Shown one piece after another: positions 53,251 through 63,930 of a stretch of 64,000 bases of DNA. Each line of letters begins with the position of its first letter. Within the stretch, counting starts at the first letter, position 1. A model generated the notes under the pieces. It did no database searches and had not been told where the DNA came from. It saw nothing but the letters and a program-made list of their open reading frames with translations. Source of the stretch: Paraspadella gotoi (lineage: Eukaryota; Animalia; Chaetognatha). The stretch spans positions 3,774,301 through 3,838,300 of the forward strand of contig CM119270.1 of the NCBI GenBank assembly GCA_051294375.1, written 5' to 3'. Both the position numbers and the translations under genes were made by a program.

Positions 53251-55857
53251 TTGCGCGCGGGTTTTCGGTTGAAGATTCCATCACTGACGTTTTTAGCTTA
53301 GCACAAACGTTCGGTTCGTCCCAAGGCGTGGGATACGAAATCCATGCCCAATCTCACCACAAATAATCTCACGAACCGCGCAAGAAAGCCCAATCTAACG
53401 AAACCCAAAGAAGCCTCGACTCAAATTCCAGGTCGACCTATAGCTCCCGAAATATGCTCACTCCGTCCGATACGGCCTTCTCGCATCAAGGTACCCCTTG
53501 TCTCTTTTTGCAACTATCTCCTTCTCCGTCTGCTCCTTCTCCCCACTATCTCACTTCTCTCTCACACCCTCCCAACAACATCCTCCTCCTACCCTTCCCT
53601 GTCCCTTGGTTCCTCATCTCTCGTCCTCTCCTCTCTCCTCTGCATCCTCTTCTCTCTCTTCACCCCTCTTTCCCCCCCTCGTCTTCTCTCTCTCTTCCCC
53701 TCGTCTCCTCCCTATCCTCTTCGCAAATCTCTCCGCCCTTCGTCTCTCCTCTCTCTCCCTCTCTCTCTCTTTCTCTCTCTCCTCGTTTATTTTTCTCTCC
53801 TCCTCTCATCTCCCTCCTCTGCTCTCTCTATCTCTCTCCGCCTTTCTCTTCTTTTAAGAAAAAAAAAATAAGAAACAGGAAGGAAGAAGCCTGAAATCAG
53901 TCCTAGAGTAGCGAAGGGGAGAGGGAGGAGGAGGAGGAGGAGGAGGAGGAGAGAAAGGGAGGAGAGGAAAAGGAGGGGATAAAAGCGGAGGAGAGGGGAG
54001 GGGGAGAGGGAGAGGAGGTGAGAGGGGGGAGAGAGAGAGGAGGCGAAAGGCTTGGAGACAAGGGGGAAGTGAGCCAGAGGATTGGGGAGGAAGAGGAAAA
54101 GAATAACAGTCGGCGAGAAATAGAATGGGTTGGAAGAGAGAGAGAGAGAGAGAAGAGAGAGAAGGAGAGAAAGAGAGAGAGAGAGAGGAAGGAGAGAAGA
54201 GAGTGGGTTGATGATTAATAAACATTGAATCAAGACTCAAGGAAACGAATCACTTGTTAGAAACCGTTTGGTGCAAAACAGGAAGATAATGCAAACCCAC
54301 ATATCGAAGATACTAGTTTTACTTTATGGTTTATGTGGGCAGTAAATGATGAAACAAAAAAAGGCTACTACAATATCTGTAAAATTAGATGGAACGCTTA
54401 AAAATATTATCCGGGGACAGCACCATCATTAGTGGGAGAGAAAGAAGAGAAGATAGAATTGAAAGGTTGAGTTGTAATCCTTTCCTTTTTTCGTTATTAA
54501 ATTTAGAATAGAAAAATTGAAATTAATTTTAAAAACAAAGGATTATTTCTTTATTAATTTTAAGAATTAAAAGAGTAAAATCGATGAAACTTTTAACCAA
54601 GTCAAGGCCTTTTAGTAACGACATGAATTTTCCCTACTCATCTCAGGGCTGGTGGTACGAGACCTGCAAAATTGTGAGTGTTTTAAAAAGCCAAATGAGT
54701 TTTTGCGCCTGTCATCTTATAATCTCTTGTTCAAATTAATATAACGGTGATACCTGTCACACACGAATTAATATTTCGCACCGAAGAGACAAAGAGAAAA
54801 AAAAAGGAGGAACCCGATTCTTCTAAGGAAGTTATTAATATTTAAGGGAATTATTAGTTAGTAGCAATTTAATGGAATTGTGGCAAATAATCATCCTGTT
54901 ACTAGAGATATTAAGCATTATCGGGATCACTGCAAAGCATTTCAACAGCATTCACAACATTCCACAGTCGAAGGTTTATTAACATTCTCAATGTATCGTG
55001 GACTTTCTATCAATAGTGAAATAAATATTTTTGTTAAAGACGTTTAAAATTGGAGTAAAAAAGGACCAGCTCTCCCTTTAGTAATTAGAGGTATTTTTAT
55101 ACACCCCTCCTTACNNNNNNNNNNNNNNNNNNNNNNNNNNNNNNNNNNNNNNNNNNNNNNNNNNNNNNNNNNNNNNNNNNNNNNNNNNNNNNNNNNNNNN
55201 NNNNNNNNNNNNNNGTACAGGGTTTTCTAGTAAGAGTCTCTTTCCGACTCAAAGCGACCATTTTCTTCCAGAAAGTAGGAACCGATTTGTTTACTTGTAA
55301 TTTCGCGATCGGATTACTTTGTGAGTCTGTCGTTTCTTTCTTTCTTTCTTTATTTCTTTGCTTTTTTTTTTCTCTGGCGAGATCTTACAACGACGACTTA
55401 GATATTTTAAAGCATTATTTAACTATAATAAGATTAATGCTGCATCTTGACGAACTATCTAGATCTCAAGAATATGAAGCAAAAGCAAGATCAACGGTGA
55501 AAGGAGAAAGAGTTCAGGGAAGATAATAATTTCAATTTAATCCGAAAAAACTTTTCAAAGTGAAAAAACTTAAAAGGTGGAAAGTCGCTCTGGAATTGGA
55601 TTGGGGGGGAGAAGGAGGGTTGGGGTGAGAGGAATGATAATTTCGGGGGGGGGGAAGGGGAGGGGGTAAGGTGGAACGACGAGTTTGAGAGAATCAAGGT
55701 CGTGAGGTTCTTCATGGCATTATTAGAAAATTAAGGGGTTAATGAGGGGGGGGGAGTCGACTTGTAAATTAAAAGGGTTAAAGGCGAAAGTCGTAATGAA
55801 GTAAAGAGCCGAAAAAATCAACATCCTCAACCCTCCGTGGGAATTCAAGGTAAATAC

Positions 55858-55948
<91 letters not shown>

Positions 55949-56462
55949 AGAGAAGAGAGAGAGAAGAGAATGTGTACAGGAACCCAGTTTTTCTATCTTT
56001 GCTTTGAATCAAGGACGAAAACGAAAAAAAGATGAAGAAATGGGATTCGAGTTGGGATGGGGTGAGGGAGCGGTTGCAGGGGTGGGGTTGGAGTAGGGAT
56101 GGGAAAGAGTAGGGAAATGATGGGGTGAGGTTGGGGCGAAGATTGGGTGAGGATTGGATAAGCATGCAAGAGCCAAGGATGAGAGAGTTGGGAATTGGGT
56201 CGGACAATAAAAACATACCAACTTGTATTTATTTTTCCTGACAATGGAAATTTGAAATTTATAAAACAGGCAATTATAGTCTTTGTTTGTTGAATATGTT
56301 AGCAATGAAAAAAAACATTGTGAATCGCCAAAGATTTAACATAGCAATTCACTCAAACACATTAGCGCGGAATGAAGCAGATTTAAAGACGAGTCGGCGA
56401 ATTGAAAAAAAATCGCTTTTATTTCGAAGCGATATGAAGAAGCGATTAGTTGCAAATGAGTT

Positions 56463-56542
<80 letters not shown>

Positions 56543-57667
56543 GAATTTTTGGTTTCCCGTTTAAATTAGCGGTGGCCGCAAATTTTCTCTCGTTTCTCAG
56601 CGGAATTGTTGTTTCGCCTCCCAATGAATTGGCAGCTGAGGCGAAAAACGAAGAAATGAACAGAGAGAGAGAAAGAAAACGGAAAAGAGAGAAGAATAAA
56701 GAAAATAAAAACAACTAATAATACAAAAATTGATGTCTATTTCCTCTCTTTTTAGTTTAGCCTTTTTGATACAGTGACAAACAGGAATGATGTGTGATAT
56801 CTATTGAAAAAATAAGTAGTAAATCCTTGTGAGGTATAGAAGCACCCTAAATTTTAAGAAGACAGTAGATAAAATAAATAAATGATAGATACAATGTTTT
56901 TAGGTTTAGATACATAAAAAACATGATAAACTTGAAATAAAAACATAGAAATAATGAATAAAATCATATATATTGATTATTGAATCTTGATCTTAATAAA
57001 ATTGGTACAACCAATATAACAATTATCCATTCATTCATTCAATAAATAAGCTATCTTGCTATATTGCTATATTGATATATTATTAATAATCTTCGTATAA
57101 TCCTAAAATAATCTTAAAATTCAAATTTATTAATATTCGTAGGTTGAGATTTCGATATTTTGAAAGCGACTCACTTTCTTGTTTTTCTTCTTTTAATTCT
57201 CGTCACGAACAAAATCTTTTTATATCAATTTAGTCGTAAACTTTGATATCGGAAACGCGAGGGCAATAAATTAAAAGAAAACCGCAGATTTAAAACTGCG
57301 CGCGATTCTTGCGACATTCATTAAATTCAATCATTTTTTTTTTAAATAAGAATAAAATTTGAAACTCAAAAGTGAAGGATTATCGTCGTTGTTGTTATTG
57401 TTGTTGTCGTCGTTGTTGCCTTCTCAAGTAATATAAACTCGCGTTGATAAATTGGAAAATAAGACTTGTATATTGTATATTGTATATATTGTATAATGTA
57501 TAATTAGATAAGGACATCTCAATATTCTCAATACCTTATAATTAAAAAGCATAAGCTTTACAAACTTTATATTGGTCATATTAATCATTTTAGTTGAATA
57601 CATACGAAGTCGCCCCCTGGACAAAAAAAAATAAAACAAAACAAAAAGCTAATTTTTTTAAAAAAAA

Positions 57668-57844
57668 TAGAGAATTGACAAAGTTTTTGTTTGCAACGAA
57701 TTTTATTTATAAGTGAACAGACATGTTTCGACTTGTTTTACAACCCTTCATCAGCGTTTTGAAGGCTTGTAAAACAAGTCGAAACATGTCTGTTCACTTA
57801 TAAATAAAAATTCGTTGCAAACAAAAAACTTTGTCAATTCTCTA
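57668..57844. mobile_element. Near-perfect palindrome (arms of about 83-85 bp, 9-nt loop); probable inverted terminal-repeat remnant of a Penelope-like retroelement
   Basis: 57668-57750 is the reverse complement of 57760-57844 with about 3 differences. The arms carry the TGAAG-stem-CGAAACATGTC hammerhead signature; the right arm also has AATAAA downstream. Confidence 0.75.
57716..57758 (-). ncRNA. Minimal type I hammerhead ribozyme
   Basis: Minus strand reads AACG-CUGAUGA-A-GGGUUGU-AAA-ACAAGUC-GAAAC-AU-GUC^UGUU: both core boxes (CUGAUGA, GAAA), stem II with one mismatch, palindromic ACAUGU stem III, GUC cleavage triplet, 4-bp stem I (AACG/UGUU). Confidence 0.75.
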
Positions 57845-58482
57845 ATCATTACTAACAACGAAAAAGAAAGGATTACTTCAATAAAAAAAAATAAAAACAA
57901 TACAAAACAACAACAACACAAAAAACAAAACAAAACAAAAAAAAAAATGGAACGCGATTTTCCAAATAAAACATACATCGGTCTCTTCAGATTTGTTTTT
58001 TATTTTTTTTCGATCGACCCTCATCGGATCGAATCCTTAACGTCGCACCTCCAGATTCGAGATTCGTTTTTCAGAGATCAGAACCGCGAAAAGAATAGAA
58101 AAAAGCCAATCGCTCTCTCGGGGAATAAGGAAGCAGAGAGAGAGAGAGAGAGAGAGAGTACAGTTGAGCCAGTTTGAATAGTTAAAACGATAATTTCCAA
58201 AACCGGTTTTCATTCAGAAGAAAAACACGTAACTCGAAAAAAGATTTTTTTAATCTAAGATCAGAAAGTCTGCTTAGTTAATGATTAGATAGTGCACGTA
58301 TGACACACACGTTAGTTATTTTATTTTCAAATTCACGCTAATCCGATAAATCAAAATAAACAAAAACAACAACTCGTCCCCATAAACTAATTCCTCAACT
58401 TGACCTTTTTTTTTTCCACGAATTTTTCTACAAGAAAAACAAAAACAAAAAATTTCCTCTCGATCAAACGAATAAAAGAGCG

Positions 58483-58807
58483 ATGACCCAAGTGGACCCC
58501 GACGTCCGCACCCTCTTTTTGGCTGACGCTTCCAACGCCACCTGCGCCGACTGCCGCTGCGCCGCCTCCACGCACGTCAACGTCTCCGTCGGCGCCTACG
58601 TGTGCGAGACCTGCTCCTTCTACCATCAGCACACCCTCAATCACGTGGTCAAGTCGTTGCAGGGCAGTCGCTGGAGCAACCAAGACTTCGTCCACCTGCG
58701 AACCGGAGGAAACTACAACGTCAACTCCAGCTACGAGAAGTGTCTCCCGAAAAGTGTGGAGCGACCGAGCGAGTACAGCGCCCCCATTTTGCTTAAACAC
58801 TTCATCG
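58483..58807 (+). CDS. Exon 1: ArfGAP zinc-finger domain (C21-x2-C24-x16-C41-x2-C44), catalytic Arg position occupied by Gln
   Basis: MTQVDPDVRTLFLADASNATCADCRCAASTHVNVSVGAYVCETCSFYHQHTLNHVVKSLQGSRWSNQDFVHLRTGGNYNVNSSYE..; donor G|GTGAGG at 58808. Confidence 0.92.
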
Positions 58808-61485
58808 GTGAGGATTGGGGGTATGGGAAAGGATGGACAAGGGGGAGTAGTGAGTTTTGAAATCGGGGTGTTTATTAATAAATAATATGATATCTTTAAA
58901 CTATAATCGATAATAGTATATCTAGTAATAGAAATCTACAGGAGGAAGTGGACTAAAACTTTGAATTGCATAGATTCTCCCTCTCTTTCTACCAAAAAGA
59001 GATAAATAATTTAAGTTTTGGATAATTGAAAAGAGAATACACAAGTAAAAAATTAGAAAAATATACGAATAGGAATATAAAATGGAAAATATAAATAATT
59101 ATTTTAAAAAACTAAAAATAGAAAATAGTAGTGAAACAAGAAATTTTAATTTTTTTTTTAATTAAACTAGTAAGGCGTACGATGTAAAGTTTTATTATTA
59201 TGGAATTCTTCTAATCAGTTCATCTCTTGAATGTATCATTTTGGTCCCACACGTTCCCCTTTACCCTCATTTTCCTCCGCCACCACCAGAGTCAAAATAC
59301 ACTCGCCTCGATTGGTCGGACGAGGCGCATCTTCCCGTCTACTACAAAGGCCTCCACGCGGGATCTCTGGAGAAACGCAACAAGTTGGAGGATAAGTGGG
59401 TCACCTACCACTTCAGCATCAAAGGGTACACCTTGGAATTCAGCACCGACGACCAGGAGAATGTGGGCGCCATCAAGAAGGTGTGGTTTTTGATTGATAA
59501 TCCTGAGTAGAAAAGAAAATAAAATCGACAAAAGTATTTACGAATTCCAATACCCTCTAAGAAATGATTTTAGCTCTTTGTTTTGATTACAAATTTATAC
59601 AAATGTACATAGGAATGAAAATATGTACGTATGTATAAATGACATGGCATTGTAAATATATGTTTTTTCTCTCTTTCTCTCTCCATATAAAATTAATGCC
59701 ACAGTGTACAAATAGCCCAGTCGATTCCATAAGCTTATTTTAGTAAATCTATTCATCTAATTTTGTTTGTCATTTCCATCACGACCTCATCCAGTCCTCC
59801 ACTTACGGTGCTGGTGTGATTGCCTACATTAAAAGGGTTATTGCAGCATATTGCACCGTATTGCAGCATATTCAACTATCTTTTAAACATCCCGTCAACA
59901 AATTAAATTCCCCCCCCCATTTAAAAGGTTGATCTGACCGAAGCCAACGTGGTGGTTTCCCCCAAGTGTTTAGCTCGGGCGAAGAGATGTTCCTTTGTTC
60001 TCACTTTTTACGAAGATAACGAGGTCGACAAATTCCGCTCGATCTTCGTTGCGGGCCAGTCGGGTCTCCAAATATGGCAGTGGTACTGCGCCATCAGAGC
60101 GGCCAAGCTGCAGGCGAGTTTTTGAAATAGAAAAGGAAAACGTTGAATTGATAAAAAGAATTCTTTTTAAACAAATTATTGGCGTATTATTCGTTCCAAA
60201 GCTATTTGGAATTTAAAGTTAATCTTTAATTAAAGTTTTAATAATTCCTCTGCTATTAAGTATCATAATAATGATAAAAACTTCTAATCAAAGATTAAAT
60301 TTATTATGTCTCATAATAATAATAAAATAATAAAAACAAAAAACGGTATTTTAAAACTCAATTAAATCTCAATTAAATCTCAATTAAATCTCAATTAAAT
60401 GTTCTTTCTCATTTTTAAATCTCAATTAAATGTTCTTTCTCATTTTTAAATACGTTTTCAAATATATTTTTTAAATAAATTTCCAGGCCATGACCTCCAA
60501 GCATCCCCACATCCCCGTGGACGTCCTCGCCGGTCAACTCACCCACGACTTCCTCACCGAGGGATTCCTCTTCAAGTCCGATCCGCGGGAAGACCCCGCC
60601 CACCTGCAGCGGCGCTGGTGCGTTCTCGACGATCGGCAGCTGCATTATTACAACATGCCGCTGGATCCTTACCCGAAGGTAAGGGCTGTTGTAAGACAAA
60701 AGTTTTGAACAATGTTGGATAAAATGAATTGATAATTGATATTTTTATGTATTTTTATTTCCTCTTTAGAGGACCAAACCAACTTCTTCGCAAAAACGTC
60801 AGAGTAGATCGAGATGAGGAGAGAGAGCGAGAGCAGCAGAGCAGATGACGAGGGAGAGCAGAGAGGATGGAGAGTAGAGATGAGAGAAGAGAAGAGAGAG
60901 AGAGAGAGAGCGAGCGAGCAGAGCGAAGGACGAGATTGAGGATCTTTCCCAAGAAAGCATTTATATTTCCAGCCACCTTCTTAATTCCATGAAAGAAGCT
61001 GACTTACCCCACCGCTCCGTCTCGGTGTGTCCCCCCCCCTTTAGGGCAGCATCTACGTCGGCTTTCGCGGATCCCTCGCCCACTCGACCAAGACCGGCCG
61101 GGATCTGCGCGCCACGTCATCCAACTCACCACGCCCACCCGGAAGTTCTTTCTCAAGGCGGAGAGTCACTCGGAGAAGATGGAGTGGCTCAACCTCTTCC
61201 GCTTCGTCCAAGACTCTCCGCTGAATAACCTCGCCGAAGTGGCTCGTCGACGTGACGGGAAGGCCAGCGCGAAGAGGATGAACACGGTCCTGGGGATTAG
61301 GAGGAGGAAGAGCAAAGGGGAGGAGGACGGAGGGCCAGCCTTTCACGTTTCGGTCAGAACTTCGGAGGATTCGCTCAATCTCACTTCGATACAGGTGAGA
61401 GAGAAAGAGAGAGAGAGGGAGAGGGGAAGGGGGAGAGAGAGAGAGGGAGGGGGAGAGAAGAAAGAAAGAAAGAAAGAAAGAAAAA

Positions 61486-61525
<40 letters not shown>

Positions 61526-63637
61526 AATAGTCCAATCTCAACAAATTTACAATAAAGATGAAAGCCAAGGCCCAAGGCAGGTTACGGCCTTCATCCCCTT
61601 CTTGTACCTCGGGTCGTGAGAACATGGCTTTACTGAATGATCTACCGGATCACGACTAAGGGAACCAGGATTAATTACGGGGTCAACCTGGACTATTCCC
61701 CACAAGAGAACTTCCTTTTAAATCCCCTCCCCCGCCCAGTTCGTTTACCTTCGATTCGGCGGGAAAAACTGGAAAGGAGCCAAGGTGTGCCTGCCTCGAC
61801 AGCAGAGTCCCGACGAGCCGTGGGCCTTCGGGAAAGGGTTGACCGACGTCTTCGCCGTCGAAGAGGATCTCGGGTCGGGCAACGCCGGCGACGAGATCGA
61901 GTCGGTCGACGTGTGGACGGACGATTCCGGGGATTCGCCCGAGTGGGGCCTGTCTTCGGTGCAGGTCATCGATTGGTTCAAAGGTCAAGCTCACGTCTTC
62001 GTCAACAATCAAAAGATCGGAGGAAGATTTAACGTGGGAGTCTCGGAAGATTCCGCGGTGTCTCTGAACAAGGTTCGGGACGAGTTGGTTGTCGTTGTTG
62101 CTGACGTTAGTGTTGTAAAAGATTACTTCATCTCGACCTTCAGGGTTGTGGTTGATGATCTTCTTGATACACATTACAATTATTTATCGTAGCTGTTAAA
62201 AATGTTTATTTTTTCGTCAGTATCGAAATTTTTGTTGAATTATTAAAAAAGCTGAATGTAAAAATGTCACTTCCATTCATCAAAATGTCAGTTTCAAGTC
62301 TGTTCGTCCGAAATTCTGTCAGTCCCAAGTCATCCAGCATTTTTCTATCTATCTAAATAAACTAACTAACTTAACCAAATCACTTAACTAACTAACCAAC
62401 TAAACTAACTTAATTAAATCACTTAACTCTACAGGTAATGACCCTGATCCGTCCCAGCTCGACCCCGACCGGTCGACCCAAACCCTCCGTCCACGCCACC
62501 GCGCCCAAAGTCTTTCTCCATCACGTCGACTCGCGGCGCCACTTCCGGTTGTCGTCCTTCAAACAAAAGATCCTAAGGAGTCAACAGGTCAACAATAAGA
62601 GAATTAAGGGGAAATACTGTGAACACCTAAAGTCGGTGACGAAGTCAAAATGTAGAAGTAGACGATTACGGCAACAGCCGGGTTGCCTGTGATGCCCATT
62701 GGGATGGGGCATCTCACTGTTTGCTTTGGGGGATTCCGACCCTCAGTGACGCCTCCAGTCACTGGCGCGGTTACCCTCGGACGGTCTCGCTCTGCCAACG
62801 CAGAGGGAAGTCGTTAGGACTGTGGATGGAACGCAGCGGTTGGGATGGTGTGTTCCCCCTCTGAGCCAATGGTACTCGCTCAACGATGTAAATATGTAAA
62901 TATACCGCCGCACGATATCAGTTTAGGATCATATTAATTGGATTAAAATTTGTTTTGTTCCAGATCAAATTATTCTGGGGTAGAAAGAAACCCAGGTCCA
63001 TTTTAAGATTTTATTCTTTCAGTGCGGATTACTTTTTAAAATGAAATTTCTCTCCTTTACGTTGCCGATGGGCGTTGTCCAAATCATTGTTTGACATAAT
63101 GAAATAAGATTTTACTGAGGGAAAGACTCTCTTTCGGTTCTCAAATGTGAAAAAAATTGATCGTTTATACCGAGTATTTGATAACTAAATCGTGAAAATT
63201 GGTTAAACTTTCGTCGACGATTACTGGAACATGCAAATGAGATTAAAGGATAGCCATGCCGACAGGTTTACGACAGCGTCGTCGACCACCTCCGCCCTTC
63301 CGACGTCCTCATCGACCTCGTGGACGCCGGCTTCGTCGACGAGGAAGAGCAGACGCGCGTGCTGGAGAACTCCGCCTCCTTCCCGGTCAACTCCAACAGC
63401 GTGCTGTTGTACATGTTGATGCGGAAGGACGACGCCGCCTTCGACGCTTTCGTCGACTCGCTCCGGAATCACCCGACGGATCTCTATCGCGGAATGGTGG
63501 CCGTCATCGAGGAGACGGAGCGGCGCCGGGCCGCGGCCGGTTCCGCGCGACCGAGAGGCTCCACGTCTTCGACGACGTCGTCGGCGGCGGCGGCGTACTT
63601 CGTGGCGCCGCGGTCGGCGTCGGTGGACGGACAATGA
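58483..63637 (+). CDS. ADAP: ADAP/centaurin-alpha-like fusion protein: pseudo-ArfGAP + PH + PH + PLAT/LH2 + CARD, about 700 aa. Exons: 58483-58807, 59290-59480, 59928-60113, 60487-60678, 61045-61394, 61740-62072, 62435-62587, 63266-63637. One 1-nt frameshift inside exon 5.
   Basis: Exons have GC-rich coding-like codon usage between AT-rich introns, and all seven junction phases are compatible (1,0,0,0,0,0,0). Exons 1-5 align colinearly with human ADAP1 as I recall it; exons 5-6 give a PLAT motif set; exons 7-8 give a CARD. Linkage of exons 7-8 to the rest relies on weak donors (AAG|GTTCGG at 62073, CAG|GTCAAC at 62588). Confidence 0.75.
59290..60113 (+). CDS. Exons 2-3 (59290-59480, 59928-60113): end of ArfGAP and first PH domain
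   Basis: HFI|ESKYTRLDW ~ ADAP1 QWIRAKYERQEF; GSLEKRNK ~ GFLWKRGR; RSIFVAGQSGLQIWQWYCAIRAAKLQ ~ RNIFIYHEDGKEIVDWFNALRAARFH. Exon 3 ends at a GC donor (CAG|GCGAGT). Confidence 0.88.
60487..61394 (+). CDS. Exons 4-5 (60487-60678, 61045-61394): second PH domain, polybasic linker, first strand of PLAT
   Basis: LTHDFLTEGFLFK..QRRWCVLDDRQLHYYNMPLDPYPK|GSIYVG ~ ADAP1 LSRNYLKEGYMEK..RKRWFTMDDRRLMYFKDPLDAFARGEVFIG; HVIQLTTPTRKFFLKAESHSEKMEWL ~ HGITIVTPDRKFLFACETESDQREWV. A single frameshift lies between about 61063 and 61110. Donor CAG|GTGAGA at 61395. Confidence 0.88.
61740..62072 (+). CDS. Exon 6: PLAT/LH2 beta-sandwich domain
   Basis: Spliced FHVSVRTS...IQ|FVYLRFGG...FGKGLTDVFAVEEDLG...IESVDVWTDDSGDSPEWGLSSVQVIDWFKGQAHVFVNN matches PLAT consensus Y-x-V-x-V-x-T, V-Y-I-x-L-x-G, F-x-x-G-x-x-D-x-F-x-V, DLG, D-x-S-G-x-x-P-x-W-x-L-x-x-V-x-V-x-D. 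Acceptor CCCAG| at 61739 is in frame. Confidence 0.85.
62435..63637 (+). CDS. Exons 7-8 (62435-62587, 63266-63637): Pro/Ser linker and Apaf-1-like CARD (death-fold) domain, stop TGA 63635-63637
   Basis: LSSFKQKILRSQQ|VYDSVVDHLRPSDVLIDLVDAGFVDEEEQTRV...VLLYMLMRKDDAAFDAFVDSLRNHPTDLYRGMVAVI follows the six-helix CARD pattern; compare Apaf-1 DGFLTISEEEKV..MLIKMILKKDNDSYVSFYNAL..YKDLAALL. Acceptors CTACAG| (62434) and CGACAG| (63265) are both phase 0. Confidence 0.75.
62670..62904 (+). other. GC-rich multi-hairpin element with TGTAAATA x2 tail inside intron 7 (candidate structured RNA or retroposon 3' end)
   Basis: Five inverted pairs: GGCAAC/GTTGCC, GATGCCC/GGGCATC, CAGTGAC/GTCACTG, CTCTGC/GCAGAG, TGAGC/GCTCA. 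Confidence 0.45.
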
Positions 63638-63779
63638 TTGAAAGACTCGAGGAGCTCACTTGGGTCTTTCTCATGGGCGACGTCATTCCTTTAGCGGGCA
63701 CTGTTTCTCGAAAGCGCGCGAATTCTGTTCTTAATCCTTTAACTTATTAATTTTAACCGTAATATCTTACCAATAGATT

Positions 63780-63930
63780 AGATATCCATTAGATGCTTAA
63801 TAAAATCTTTAACCAAACCTAGTCCATAATCCCAACCTAACGTTAAACCTTAATCAATTATAATTTAATTATTAATCTTAAAAACTTACTTTATTCTGAA
63901 TTTAATCCGAAAGGGGCGCTTTTGGAAAAT
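63780..63930 (-). mobile_element. Degenerate partial copy of the same MITE family downstream of the CARD exon
   Basis: CCAACCTAACGTTAAACCTTAATC...TTCTGAATTTAATCCGAAAGGGGCGCTTTTGG resembles the family end TTCAGAATTTAAGCTGAAATGGGGCGTTCTG. Confidence 0.45.

Noticed and set aside
61063-61110. Programmed frameshift or pseudogenisation in exon 5 of the fusion gene
   Set aside because: No slippery heptamer is visible, and a single missing base in a GC-rich stretch of an indel-prone assembly is simpler; still needs read confirmation.
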